DNA from: Monocercomonoides exilis PA203
Lineage: Eukaryota; Protista; Preaxostyla
DNA: 64,000 nucleotides
Assembly: GCA_001643675.2 (NCBI GenBank)
Contig: LSRY02000021.1
Span: 1,178,001 to 1,242,000 of the forward strand
Reading direction: 5' to 3'
Shown here: positions 22,541-35,993 of the stretch, one piece after another
How positions within the stretch are numbered: position 1 is the stretch's first letter
Layout: each line of letters begins with the position of its first letter
The notes under the pieces: model-generated
What the model saw: only the letters and a program-made list of their open reading frames with translations
Database searches by the model: none
What the model was told of the DNA's origin: nothing
Made by a program: the position numbers and the translations under genes

Positions 22541-25500
22541 CTCACCATCTTCCCCTTCTCCTTCATCTTCTCCTTCATCTTCTCCTTCAATTGCCTCTGA
22601 TGCTGAGCTGAAGCGCATCCTCACTCGATATAACGGCCCCTTCCTTATTATGCCTGGTAAGTTTATTCTCTCCACAAAGGGGACAGCCTTTGTGGAGATG
22701 TGTCTGGGAGACAACTGCGACCAGCTGGCAGAGTGGAATGCGCGCGAAATAAAGAAGAAGAAGAAGCTGCAGAACGGACTACTTGCGAAGGAGGCTGGGC
22801 AGAAGCTGTCAATGAATATGAATATGAACATGAATATGACTCATTCACATCCACAATCGCATTCACATTCGCCTTTTGCTGTTTCTCCGCTGAGTCTGGT
22901 GAATGCAGATGACATGCTGGTTGGACTAAGGATACAAGAGAGAGAAGAAGCGTCAATGAATTCTGTGCCTTCTTTCAGTTCGATTGGTTCAGCTAGTCCT
23001 TTGAAGCCTATTAATTCAGCAGAGATCGAATCACAGGAGAAGAATGAGCAACCTTCTTCTTCTTCTTCTGTGAAATCAGATTCACACTCCGTTCCATCCA
23101 CTTCTCATCCGCTCAACCTTCCTCTGTCATACATCATTGAGAGAGAAAAAGAAGTGCTTGAAAAGCGTCTCCAGGAATTCAACTATGGCGCAGAACATTT
23201 AATTGACGCCTCAATCATCGTGCCTTCAGATGACCAGATTTCAAAGGCGTCTGTTGCAGCTACTGCTGCTGCCACTGCTGCTGCTGCTTCATCTGCCTCT
23301 TCGTCTGCCCCTCCTCGTTCTGTCTCTTCTACCATCTCCCCTTCGCCGACTCCTCTGCAGAGCACTCAGCAGAGCCGGCTGGCAGCGCCTGTGGTTGGCT
23401 CCTCTGCTTCGCCTGCTCCTTCAAATGGAGGTGTGGCTGCTGTTACTGCTGCAAATACTGTTGCTACAAATCAAAATATGGGAATGCCGGCAAATTCTAA
23501 TATGAATGTGAACATGAATGCGAATGTGAATGTTAATTCTAATACAACTGATGCTAATGTTGTTATGCTTGTTGGCATGGGTGATGCTAGTGGTGCCGCG
23601 AATGGAGTAGCAGCAAACAATGGAAGTGCAAATGTTGTGCAGGAAGATAACCACAGAGTAACATCTGAAATTGCTCCAGCTCCAATTCTGAAGCCATCCA
23701 AGTCAAATGAAGCATTGGATACAAAGTCATTCTCATCGCCTTATTCAAATATAAATTCTTCATCTTCCTCTTCTTCCTCTTCTTCTACTTCTACTTCCTC
23801 CTCCTCTTCTTCTTCCTCAAATCCATCTAATCCTGACCCTAATCCTAATGTCATCCCATCCATCACTAATGCCTCAGATGCCTGCACAACCATATTCATG
23901 CCCCGCCCAACCAATCCGATCTCTCCTTCTCTCGGCCCTCTCTACAGCCCCACCCCTCTTTCTTCTCCTCCTCCTCTCACCACTTCTGTTTTATCTTCTT
24001 CCTCTTCTTCTGCTTCCTCTTCTGCCTCTTCTGCCTCTTCTTCCTCCTCCATCCCTTGCCAATCAACCACATCTACCTCCACAAGCTCATCTAGCTCTGC
24101 TTGCCCAACAAACGCAGGCACCACAGCAACAGCAACATCAACATCAACAGCGACAGCTGCAGCCACTGCGATGGGAATACCTGCCCCTGTCTCTTCTCCT
24201 CTGACGACGCTGAATGCTCAGCTCATTTCGGTCTTTCAGCGGAAGCCGAACACGTTTTTGACTGCAGATTCGGCTTTGCGCCGTGCGCAGAAGAAGAAAG
24301 AGGCAGAAAAGTCAAAAGCAAAAGCAAAAGCGAATGCGGGGAAGGAGGAATTTGAGAGGGGAAGCAGAAATGAATATAATAACAGAAATAGAACAGGAAC
24401 TGGAGAAGAGAGAGAAAATTGCACAGACTCGAAAAGAATCAAACATGATTCATCTAATTCCAATCAAACAAATCTTTCTTCTTCTTCTTCAGGTGATCTG
24501 CCTGTGTCTTCACCACTTCATCTTGTTCACCCCAGTTCATCCTCCTCCCTCGATTCACCAACAACATCTCGTGTTTTCTCTGACTCTTCAATTCATTCAA
24601 CACCCAAAAATACTCTTTTGTCATCATCATCTTCTTCTTCTGATGTATTCACTTCATCTTCTGACGCCACCATCATTCCCCACCCTCTTCGATCAGAATC
24701 AAATGCTTCTTCTTCCTCTTCCTCTTCTTCTCCTCAGCCCTGCACCGACCACGAGTTTTACGCCAATCTCTATCGTTCTGTCGTCGAAGATGCAAAGTCC
24801 CTTCTCTTGCACCAGTCATATGAGCACGGCATTGTTGTGGGCGGGCCATGTGCTGGAATGAGTGTGAAGGACGCTCGCACATACACACGCAAGTACCTGT
24901 TGCCTGCACGTCCTATTTATAATTGTAATAATAATGGTAATAATAATAATAGAAGTAATAATAATAGTAATAATAACAGCCCTTCTGTTGGTGCTAATGG
25001 AGTATCAACCGATACACTGCATTCAGAAGGCAACCGTTTTGTGACTTCTTCCACTTCACCTTCTCCCTCATCTTCATCTTCGCCTTCGCCTTCTGTTTCG
25101 CCTTCTTCTTCTTCTTCTTCTTCTTCTTCTTCTTCTTCTTCCTCTTCATCTTCCTCATCCTCTTCCTCTTCCTCATCCTCATCCTCTTTTTCCTCTTCAT
25201 CATCCTCCATACGTGAACCTCCTCTTATGTATTACGAGCCCTCCCGCCGCACAGTCTCTATCACTGGTGACGAGTGTGTCGTTCGCTTGTCATCTGAATG
25301 GGTGCTGAGCTATTCAGACGACGACTGGAAAGAAAAGGCAATGACATGCTTAGCGCAAATGAACTTCCCTTCACCTGATTTGAGGCTGAGGCTGAGCACA
25401 TCGATATTGGCAATGAGGGACAGGCCGTTTACACACAGAATGGGGCTTGGGTGTGCGTTGAGGTTGAAACCTTCACAATATCTGGAGGAAGAGAGAAAGA

Positions 25501-28500
25501 GCAGAAAGGCAGGGGGAAATGAATGGAGGGATAATGAATATGAATGCGCCAATGCTAATGATGCTGTTGATGATGATGAGAAGAAGAAGAAGAAAGAGCA
25601 GAAGGATAAATCGCTTGATTCTTCTGGAGGGAAAGACAGTCAAATATCACCAAGTGCTAATGAAAGCTCTGTCAATGATTCAGATTTCTCTGCTTTTTCG
25701 TCTGATGATGACGAAGGTAACAGAAAGAATAAAAAACATATGTCTTCTCAAAATAACGGCAAGGATAATGATGACGATAATGACAGTAATAAAGATAAAT
25801 GCTCTGATTCGAAGCATTCACCATCCCCTTCTTCATCCCCTTCATCCTCCTCTTCATCTCAACCCTATCCAGTGATTGAGACGCTGAGTGACTCCACAGC
25901 CTATCCAGTGCTGTACACCATCACTCATCTCTTGAACAGGGGAATCTACACAGGCAATCCTTCCATGCCTGTCTTTCGCATCTTGCCTGAACACCTCACG
26001 TTTGAAGTGTGGGACCATTTGCTGAGAGACACGCCATTACCTGAGGGTTATTACGATGGCTCGTATTACAAGAAGCAGCAGCTGGAGAACATGAAGGAGA
26101 AGAAGCTGCTGATGATGAATGGAGAAGGTGTGAGTGAAAAAAGTGGAGGAGAAGAGAATGGGAAAAAAGAAGGCGTAGAAGAAGCAGAAAATGGAAAGGG
26201 TGAAATGACAAGCAACAGCTTTGGACAAGAAACACCAGGAAAACAGGACGAAATGTATCCAGACGCAAACGATGCAGTGCATTCAGCGCTGTCTTCCTCG
26301 ACACTTTCGTCTGTTTCCTCTCTTTCCTCTCCTTTCCCATCTCCAATTTCCACGTCAACATCTTCTGATCCAACCACATCATCGACATCATCATTATTCC
26401 CATCAGCTTCCTCACCGTATTCTCCATCGGCTAATGCCAGCAACGAGCCAATCGTTCTGCCTGAGCCTGTGATGGCGCTGCTGCGTGCGACAATACGATA
26501 CTGGCTCCCAATGGACATGGAAGTGATGGGGGTGCATCTGGTGAATAACCACTTCCTGTACACCCTTTTCAATCACTCGCTTCTGTTTCCTCCTTCTTTC
26601 TGGCCGTGTGGAATGGCGCCTGTGGCTGAGATGACAGCCGAAGGAAAAGACACGCACGTGACATCGATGTCATACACACCACTTTCTGTGGTGTTGGAGA
26701 GGAATGGGCCAGATGCAACGAGGCTGGCGATGATGCGGGCGAGGAGAGTGAGAAAGTCGGTGGCGAGGGAGTCGTGGCTGGCAGAGAGCATGCAAAAACC
26801 GAAGGACACGAAGCAAACAGGTGGGAAGAGCAGCAATGGAGGAGGAAGGAGCAAACAAGGAAGCGACAAAAACGAACACAAGAAGGAAGAAGACGAAGAT
26901 CCACACATGTCCAGTTCTTCCTCATCGTCTGGTCCATCGAAGGGCATCTCTTCTCTTCATACACCTCCAGTTCTGTCTTCTCAGGTAGGTTCATCATCAT
27001 CCTACTCATCATCCTCCTTTGTAGCGAACACAGAGCAGTACAACCTGTCATTCAGCGAGGAGATTGCGAAGGAGATGAACGAGATCCTGTCGAAAGAGCT
27101 GCGATGGATGGAAGAAATCTTCCGAGTAAACCAGCGCGTGCGAGTGACGACTCTCACACAGAGCGAGTTCGATGCGATTACACAGCAGAACTTGATCACC
27201 ACAGTCACAAAGCCATCGCAAGAGGTTGAAATGCAAATAGACAAGAATGTCTCAGACACATCAATGAACTCATTAAGAGCAGAAAAGTTGGATTCGCAGC
27301 AAGAGAATCTTTCAGCTAATGAGTCCGTTTCATCTTCTACTGAAACACACAAAAAGATCATGTCTATTTTCGAGCCACCGAAGGAATCGCAATCGCAATC
27401 GCAATCGAAGAAGTCGTCTACTTTCTCATCTTTGAACTTCAATTCACTCAATCCTGAGTTCTTACAAATCACTTCAAGCAATAATTCAGCATCTGATGAA
27501 GCAGTCAATTCATCTTCTTCCTCTTCATCTTCCTCTTCTTCGGATGCGCAAAGTCTGCTGTCTCCATCCGGAAGCACACCACCTCACTCGCCTGGAAGCA
27601 GCTACACTCCATCTTATCTATACAAGGATACCTCTCTCCCGGCTCTTGCTCCAAAGGCATCTGAATCAACACCTCGGCATCTGGCATCACTTCAGCTCCC
27701 GTCTAACTCTTCCTCCACTGTCCCTTCGCCAAACGTCTCCTCTCGCAAGCGCCTTATCCCAGCTCGCTCGCGCAACCAGCTCTTTTCGCAGAGGTCTCCA
27801 AGCGCTTCCTCGCGGATAATGCAAGCAGCATCCCTGGCATCCCCTTCTTCTCCTTCGGTCCTCTCCAACTTCTCGCGCACTGACTCGTCTCCTTCGATAC
27901 CCTCAATGTCGACTGATTGGTCAGCACATTCTTTTTCTGACGGCGAGTTTCTGTACGACGACTACGAAGAAGAAGAAGAAGAAGATAGCGAATTGATGAA
28001 TGTTGTGTCAGAGGAAGAGTTCACCGAAGACAGCGGGGCCAGTGAAGACAGCGAAGGCAGCGACAACAGCCGCTCAGACAGCAGAAGTGTTGCGTCTTTG
28101 TCTGATGCGCTTTTGAGTGAGTCGCCTTACTCGTCGCAGGAAGATGAGGACAAAGCGTCTGAGGGATATCGCAGCCGCAAGCATCCACACAGGAGCAAAG
28201 CATCATCCAGTCTGCCTCCCGAATCTGTGTTATCAACTCAAGCGCACTTAGATGCTGCTCAGGAAGGCGAGGCAAGTGGTGTGTGTGTGGCGAAGACTGC
28301 CAATGAGAGGACAGGTTCTTCGCTGTCGGTGAGCTACAAGCGGCAGCAGAGGAAGATGGAAGATGAGCTGATTGAGCAGCAGAAGATGTGGACGTCGCAC
28401 ATTATGAAGATTCTGCAGAACCCAGAAACGTTCGGAGAGCTGAAGCAGAGCATCCAGTTTTCAGAGAATGTGTTTGACGCGCAGATCAACTCGGCGCTGG

Positions 28501-30923
28501 GGACAGCAGAAAGATGCTACGACGAGAACAAAGAAGAAGAGGTGGTGGAGCTGATGCTGGGGCAGCTGCGGCGCTGGCGGGACGGCTATTTGAGGAGGTG
28601 CGAGGTGATTGAGAGGGAGATGAGGAGGATAGCTGTTGAGGTCATCATCACTGAGTGGAAGGTGTGGAATCAGCAGCAGCAACAGGCAGATACAGCAGGT
28701 ATGCCTGGCGAATCTGCTGCTCGTTCACTGCAGTCGCTTTCTCCCAGCCAAAAGGAATACCAAGCTACCACTTCACATTCGGCAACCGATTCAACTTCTG
28801 CTTCTTATCGGTATTCTTCTTATGCCTCTTCATTTTCTCCTTTTTCATCAACTAAGTCAAATAAAGATTCGTCTGAAACGCTTGAACTGATTAATGCGTT
28901 GATGTTTACTTTATCTCCACATCGTCACTTCCATCGTACACACCAAGAAAACTCTTCTTCCTCAAGCACTTCAATGGAATCTAGGCGTTCTCCGCTTACT
29001 CTTTTCTATGCTTCTTCTCCAGCAGATTCTCCATCTATCCGCCTTCCTTCCTGTTTGATTCGTCATCGCTCGTCCAAAGTCAAACTCACTTCACGCCCAA
29101 GCACAGAGTCCACTTCACCTCCTGTTTGCACGACTATCAATTCAACTGGCCTGCATTCATCGGAATCTCCCAACGGCTCTCTCTTCCACTCTTCCATTGC
29201 ACAGTCCCCATCTCGTTTCCCTGTTGTGATGCAGAAGGTGTCTATGCAGATGCCTGAAGAACTCAATTCCTCCATCAAAAAGATGCTGCATGTGCTCAAC
29301 CGGAGGCTTTTACGGAGGTACAGCTATGTGCTGAGTGTAGCGCTGAGCCCCATCTGCCCTCATTTCTGTGAGCATGTGTATTCCACCATTCTTCGCAGAA
29401 GAGGATCTGTTCGTACAACGAAGTGGCCAACAAACGCAGGACAGTTTGAAGATGTGCTGAGTAAAGACGATGCGTTGATGAGGACAGTTGAGGATATCAA
29501 AGAGAAACTGAGGAAGAGGGAAGCTGCATTGGGTGGAAGGAAAGGGAAGAAGGAGGCAAAAGTTAAAAGCAATGTGTCATCAAATGGTGGATTGAATTCT
29601 GAAAACAATGGAATTGAAAGTGCAGATTCTCAATGGGATAACACTCTTGTTCCGTCTAATCCAATGAATATCAATCCACCTTCGACTACATCAATCACTG
29701 TGGTTGTGTATGTGAGGGAATCGATGACAAGCGAAGAGAAAGAAATTCTCTCTGTGCTGGAGACAGTGTGGGCGGAGCATCCGTCTGCGGACGAGTGCGA
29801 GAAAGAAATGCGATACAGAATGCGAAGTTTGATTCCTGGATTGGTGGAGAAGAGAAAGGAAAGAGGAGCAAATGTGATTCAAGCAATGAAGGAGATGATG
29901 GAACAGGAGGAAAATAAGAGAAAGTTGGAAATGGAGAAAAACAAAGAAAATGCCAACGAGGAAATGCAAGCAGCATTGCAGAGACAAAACATGATATCAC
30001 AGACAGAGAAATCGAATAGTCTTTTTGTTGTTTATTCAAAGCCTAGTGTATCTTTCAGCACACATTCAGATTTGGTGAATCCTTCTCCTGTGAGTCTTCC
30101 CCCGAACTCTTCTTCTTCTTCTTCTTCTTCTATCTCTTCCCAGTTAGGTATTCCTCCTCCTTCTTCGTCTTCAATTCCTATCACATCAGCCTCTAATCTG
30201 CTTCCCTCTGACCAAACAATCCAGCAGACCAGCCAAGCAGAAGAAGCGATTGAAGAAGTTGCTCATACAAAAACGGAAGATGAGAAAAGGGAAGAAGAGA
30301 ATCTGTTCCGCGAGGTGATGCAGTTTGTGCGATGGGTGCTGTCGAACGATGGGCAGATTCTGATGGATGTGATGGAGCGTGGGAATTGGCAGAAGGAGGA
30401 AGGAAACACCATCGCAGATCATAAGCAACTGATTATGGGAAGCTGCAGAGAATGTATCATGTGCAGATGCAGGAAAAGGGAGTGGCTGAAGGAACAGTTT
30501 CAGAAAAGAGAGACGTTGCGCCTAGAAGTTGAAAAAGAGGAGAGCGAAATGGAACAGAAAAGCGCAGAAAACAAAGGAAATTTGGAAGAGTCAGCTGCAG
30601 AGAATGGAGCATCAGATGATTCTAGCCGTGTGAAAAAAGAGAAACAAAGAAAAGTTAAGAGGCTTATGAAGAAGATTGCGTATATCGATGGATTAAGGAG
30701 TGCTGGAGGCGCTTGGTGCGATACTTGCTGTGTTTCCCACCTATTTGTTCTGAACGACTCTATCACACTTCCCATTTGGCTGCAAACGAAGACAAAGATG
30801 AATTTGCTTCAACAGGAAACTCTGCGACCTCACCATCGTTTTGTTTCTGTCATAGAATGCACACCAGAAGAGATTTCACTCTTAACTGATTTGGAGGCAC
30901 ATTCACTTAGCAAGGCAGTATAA
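20872..30923 (+). CDS. Divergent cytosolic-type leucyl-tRNA synthetase paralogue (~3302 aa) with degenerate catalytic motifs
   Basis: Exons 20872-21156, 21212-21436, 21525-30923 joined in frame by GT-AG introns; collinear LeuRS blocks FITTPMPY, HWLEYF, NPFFQSFIDWQ, QPCLDHDR, ATTRVET, KGTA, YYEP...DECVV, GLG, IETLSDST, YWLPMD...LVNNH, GPDATRLA, LSPICPHFCEH...WP, separated by Ser/Asn-rich inserts. Confidence 0.9.
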
Positions 30924-31245
30924 ACATGACTGCTTCGTTGCTTATTCACATTTTAACTCATTTCACAGCATTCACTTCAATTTGAACATTCTAAAAATTA
31001 GTAACTTTCAATTGTTTGCGAGTCTAATGTTAACTAATTGCATTTCACCAAATTATCGATTTTTTATGTTTTGTCATTTTTTCAATTGCACCTATCAACA
31101 CAAAAACAATTCAAAATGAGAACTTTTGAAATCTAATTAATTATTTTTGTATTCAAAAAGAAAAAATTTTTTCTTACAAAATATTAATTTTTGCAAACGA
31201 AATAATGGGGAAGATAATTGGGTGATAACTTCAAAATCATAACTA

Positions 31246-33022
31246 GTTGGTAGATAACCCTTGTAAATTATTATTGATAGAAAACAGTTATTAAAAAAAG
31301 AAATAATGAAATGTTCAATGTGAATATATGAAAAAACTTAATCGAAAGTGAAAATTCTGCACTTCGAGTAATCAATCAAGTGGGTTTTGTTGATGGAAGC
31401 TTCGCAACCTTCAACAGGAGATGCTTCACTGAGGCATTTCAGGACAATTTCAAGATTTAAGGGCCAAATGCCAGAATCTCTGAAAGATGCTACGATGGTA
31501 GATGGTTTTAATGCTTCTGATAATGCTTCCTTAAATTTTATTGACGAAGTTGGATCTGTTTGATGATGCATTGCTTCCCACAAAGTCTGTTTCAGCAGTG
31601 TAAATAATTTTCTTTATGTTTGCATTGACATATTTATCTAATGGCTGGACGATGTGCCACGTGTGCGAAGGAGGAAATACAATATCGATCCTATTTTCCT
31701 TTGCCAGTAACAGAACATCTTTGTTCGTGTGGGTTGTGGCACCATCCACATGCAGGCATGCAGGAAAGTTAGATAATCCCATTTGTTTTCTTCTTCTTTC
31801 AATAGAATCAACAACAACATATTTGAATAGATCAAAGAATAAAGAAGAATCCATTCATTTCTTTGTGGTGGCAGTAAAAACAAAGTTGTTGGAGTTGGCC
31901 TGTGCATATTCCTGAGGAAAAAAGGTAGAATGGCTGATCACAGAAGTCTTGCAATGCTCCCCGTCAGCAGAAATAAGGAAAAGCAAAGAAATTGATGGAG
32001 GAAGAGGTGCTTCTTGAGAAATTGGGCTGGGACAATCCGGCAGTGTAACTATCTTCGTTGATTCAGTTGTGTCTCTTTTCATATAAGTTTCATCCAGATT
32101 AAATATTAATTGTGGAATATATTTCTTCTTCTTATATAATTCTTCCAAATGTCAAAATTTTTTTGAAAAGTTCCTTTTGTTTAATTTTCAAATAAAGAAA
32201 AAATTATATATTACGATCAAATTTCTATTCCCACTCACCAAATTTTGCTGTTATGAAAATAAAACCTTGACAATGTTATTATTTTTATTTTTTTGAAATT
32301 TCATGATTGGGAACAGAAATTTGATCGAAATATGAAGATTTCATTTTATTTGAACATTGAACAAAAGGAACTTTTCAAAAAATTTTTGACAAATCTTTAA
32401 AAAAAGGACGCAAAATGAGCCTTGTTGAGTGTTCGATTCTATTTATTGGAAGTTTTGTGGGCTTTTTTAATGAAGATCCTTTAATGTTGGAAATAAAAGA
32501 ATAACCCCACTTTTTATTCACAGCCTTTTTATTAACGCTTTCGTTCTTTTTTGAAGAAGAAATGAAACTAGCCTATTTATAATTAAAAAAAAATTAAATA
32601 ATTGAAATAACAAAATTCAAACTGTATTTGTGCATTGCTTTGCAGTTGTTCCTTTAAGATGGTGTAAATCATTTTTTATTTGCATTGATATTCCATCGCG
32701 ATACTTTTTTCTGATTTTCCAGGGTCTTCCATTTATTCCGACGTCTCTATGTTCATTTTTCGCCTTAACAGCTCTGTAGTACGCACTCTTCGAAATCAAT
32801 CCTGCCTTGAATACATCTGATGCTCTGAAACCTTCTTTTTCAATTATTTTCAGGATTCTTAGCTGCCTTGTTGAATACTTTCTATATTCAGACGAAGAAA
32901 GAAAACATATAAATCTGCGAAGGTTAAATTTCTCTCGTTGTTTTTTCATAACAACACATTAAGGGTGTGATCATAAAGAAAATTTCCCGGGTTGTCTACT
33001 TTTTCCCGGGTTATCAACCAAC
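31246..33022 (-). mobile_element. pogo/Fot1-like DD35D transposon (family A), inactivated
   Basis: TIR GTTGGT(A/T)GATAACCC with TA on both flanks; transposase from ATG 32949, intron 32622-32573, motifs FNLDET, HVDGATTH, QPLD; frameshifts and a MITE insertion. Confidence 0.8.
32151..32390. mobile_element. 240-bp MITE (family M240) inside the pogo A transposase
   Basis: TIR GTCAAAATTTTTTGAAAAGTTCCTTTTGTT; AAAT duplicated at 32147-32150 and 32391-32394; removing it restores ...LRPFFKDLEELY... Confidence 0.9.
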
Positions 33023-33198
33023 TAACTGTTTTTAGAAAGCCTGGATTTTTTCCGAGTTCAAAGTTATTCTAAATAGAGTTTTCCACGAAATGTTTTATTC
33101 ATTCAAATAATTAGGGCCAGTAATTTATCGGTGCCCAAAAAATTAATCGGTACCTTAATTTTCTGGCTCTCCAGAGCACTTTTAGAAAAAATGAAATA

Positions 33199-35411
33199 CA
33201 TTGAGTAAAAAACCCGTTACAAAGTGAAAAACCCAGTTTTTTTATTTAGCAACCGCATCTTCAATTTCTTTCAATTTTTATTCAAGTGATATGTTTTTTT
33301 ATAATGCTGAAAGTGATTATTAATAATCGTTAATAAAAAAGAAAAATTTAACTTAGCATACAAAGACAATTATCATGATTTTTCAACGAATCAAAAATTA
33401 TCATGTGAAATAACGTTTCTCAAATTTCTATAGTTATAGAAGCCATATCTTTGATATATGAAAATTGTTATGAACTTGGCTAAAGTAATTTACTGCCCAA
33501 CGCTCAGTCTTTTCCAACTATTGTTTATTCTGATATATGGGGGAAATATGGACTTTCAAGCTTTATATGCACAAAGCATGAAAAAATAGTTTCACTTATT
33601 TAATTATTAAACTTAGCCAGATTTCAAAATAAATATGATTTTCATATCTGTAAACAAACATCATTGATGTGATCACAAAATGTTTTGTGACCTCACATGT
33701 ATTTCAATAATTAAACCCATTTTTTTCAAATTTTTTGATCACAAAAAGTTCATCTAAGATGCATAATTTATATTTGATACTGCCTGAAGTCAAATATTTT
33801 GTCCCATATATGTATGAATTATGAAGGATAAATAAAACAATTATTAAATAGCATTCAATCCAAAATTAACAATTTATAAAAAGTCATATATGTAAATATC
33901 ATTCAAAAAAGAAGAAGAAAATTTTTGAATAAATAAGTATTTCCCAAACTTGTTAATGCTTACATCTTTTCGTTATCATCGTGTTGTATTTTGAATTTTT
34001 TGCTTCTTGACGGACAAGTTTCTTTTTTGCTTTCATTTTGCTTATCAATCCACCTTTCTTTTAATATAGCTTCATCGTCTTCATAAGTGCAGTCATCGTC
34101 GATTTTTTTCTTTCTTATTCGAGGGATTCTTTTTGATACTGATTTGTTTCTTGAAGGATGATCACGATCTTCGTCTGAGAAATTATCATCATCTGTCTTC
34201 ATGTATTCATCCCCACAGTGCTTTTCTTCAATTTTCATTTCATTTTGAACCTTTTTTTGTTGATTTAACTTTGCGCTTTGGGGAAAAAGAACCAAACAAT
34301 TCCTTATTAACTTCATCTGAAGAAATTGCTGAAGAAGATTTTGACGGTGATCCACTTATTTTTGATAGAACTTGCGAAGCTGCCAGTGACCAGATTCCTG
34401 TATTCAGAAAAGCAGTTTTAATTACAGATGGAGTGGTCGCTGCAGCGATGGCCTCTGGAAAGACCTCAGCAAGTGCCTTTCTATATGAAGAAGATGAACC
34501 ATCGATTGGAACTTTGAAATTATTGTATAATGTTCTTTTCAATCTGGCAAATATCACATTGTCACAGGGCTGGAGGAGATGGGTCATGTTAGGCGGAAAT
34601 GTTTTTGTGAAGACTCCGTTATTTTCAGCTTCCATAATGACTTCTGAACATGTATGGGTCGAATGGTTGTCAAGAAGAAGAAGAGCCTTTTTCGAAGATG
34701 TTGTATTTTTTGATGTGTGAGAGGAATCCAATTTTGAAGCATGATGATTTTTAAAATTTCAGTGGTAATCCATCCTGAAGGTACAGGAATATTATTTATA
34801 TTAAAAAATTTCAACAAGAAAACTCTTCAGGCATTTTATTCTTAGGATAAAAAAAATGAGGAAGGCAGGAACCATCAGAACATACGCAAACGCAAAGAGT
34901 TGAGTTGGCAGTTTTTCGAGGTTCTGGAGGAAAAGAAGGGATCTTTCCTTTCAAACAGATCACTAACTTTGACGAACTTTCTCCAATTTTCACGGAAGAT
35001 TCGTCAAAATTAAAAATATTGGAAACTTCGATATTGTTTCCTTCTACGATTTCTTTCACTTCTTTAAACCAATTCGTCACATTTTCAGGGCTCTGTGACC
35101 GAATTTTTGCAATTTCAAGCGGTCTTGCTAGGGCTGCCTTTAATATGAAGCTTCTTTGAACTAAATAATAAGATAATTTCGGATGGAGTTTCTCGTTTTC
35201 TTCTTCATTTGTTGATTCTGCGTCCAATGTTTAAATTGCCTATTGCAAAAAAGATAAAAAATAATCATATAAAAAAATGAAAACCATTTCCTGTGTGTGC
35301 TTCATTCGAACAACAACTCCTTCTGATAATAAAGACAAAACCTGATTTTCAATTTTTTCCAGTTGCTCAAAATTTTTAAGAGATGGTCTTCCTTTCTTTC
35401 CAACTATACCT
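33199..35411 (-). mobile_element. pogo-like DD35D transposon (family B), 5'-truncated and frameshifted
   Basis: TA + CATTGAGTAAAAAACCCG end at 33197-33240; ORF pieces with FNFDES, LLLDNHSTH, QPCD homologous to 36871-37992. Confidence 0.85.
33534..33810. mobile_element. ~280-bp MITE (family M280) nested in the 3' region of pogo B
   Basis: Imperfect TIRs TATATGGG...AAATAT..GACTT; inverted second copy at 61640-61917. Confidence 0.75.
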
Positions 35412-35906
35412 CTGTGACATGACAAGAGAAAATTGAAAAAATGACAAAATGACTGACAAGATATTTATGACTTGTCAAAAATTGTGATTAATTGCGATTT
35501 CTCAACTCTTTCTTGCTGCAACAATTAATTAGAAAATCTTCGATTAACAATTCTCATTATTTTGAAAAAATCTATTTTTCAATTTTGATGATCAGGTTCC
35601 CAATATTTATTTTATTTGACACGAAATGTGAGTTGAGGAATATTTTTGTCACAATTTGTCATTGACCTTCAATGACAAAAGGAGTATAGATTGAAATTTC
35701 AGATGCAGTCAACGAATATTTTCCAAAGTGCTTTATAAAGTCTAAAGAAGTTTCCTTTGTTGTTTGTTTTATTTTATTTTATTGTAACAAATTTTATTAT
35801 TTATTTATTTATTTATTTATTTATTGTTTTGTTTTGTTTTGTTTTGTTTTGTTTTGTTTTGTTTTGTTTTGTTTTGTTTTGTTTTGTTTTGTTTTGTTTT
35901 GTTTTG

Positions 35907-35937
<31 letters not shown>

Positions 35938-35976
35938 GGAGACAGACAAATGATTATTTAACTTTTAATGTCACAG
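35412..35976. mobile_element. Non-autonomous TIR element containing a (TTTTG)n microsatellite
   Basis: CTGTGACAT...ATGTCACAG ends; homologous partial copy at ~63052-63563; no clear TSD. Confidence 0.65.
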
Positions 35977-35993
35977 ATTGATATTTCTCATTA

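Noticed and set aside
6864-30775. Many antisense ORFs overlapping the two large genes
   Set aside because: Expected shadows of long low-complexity coding sequence
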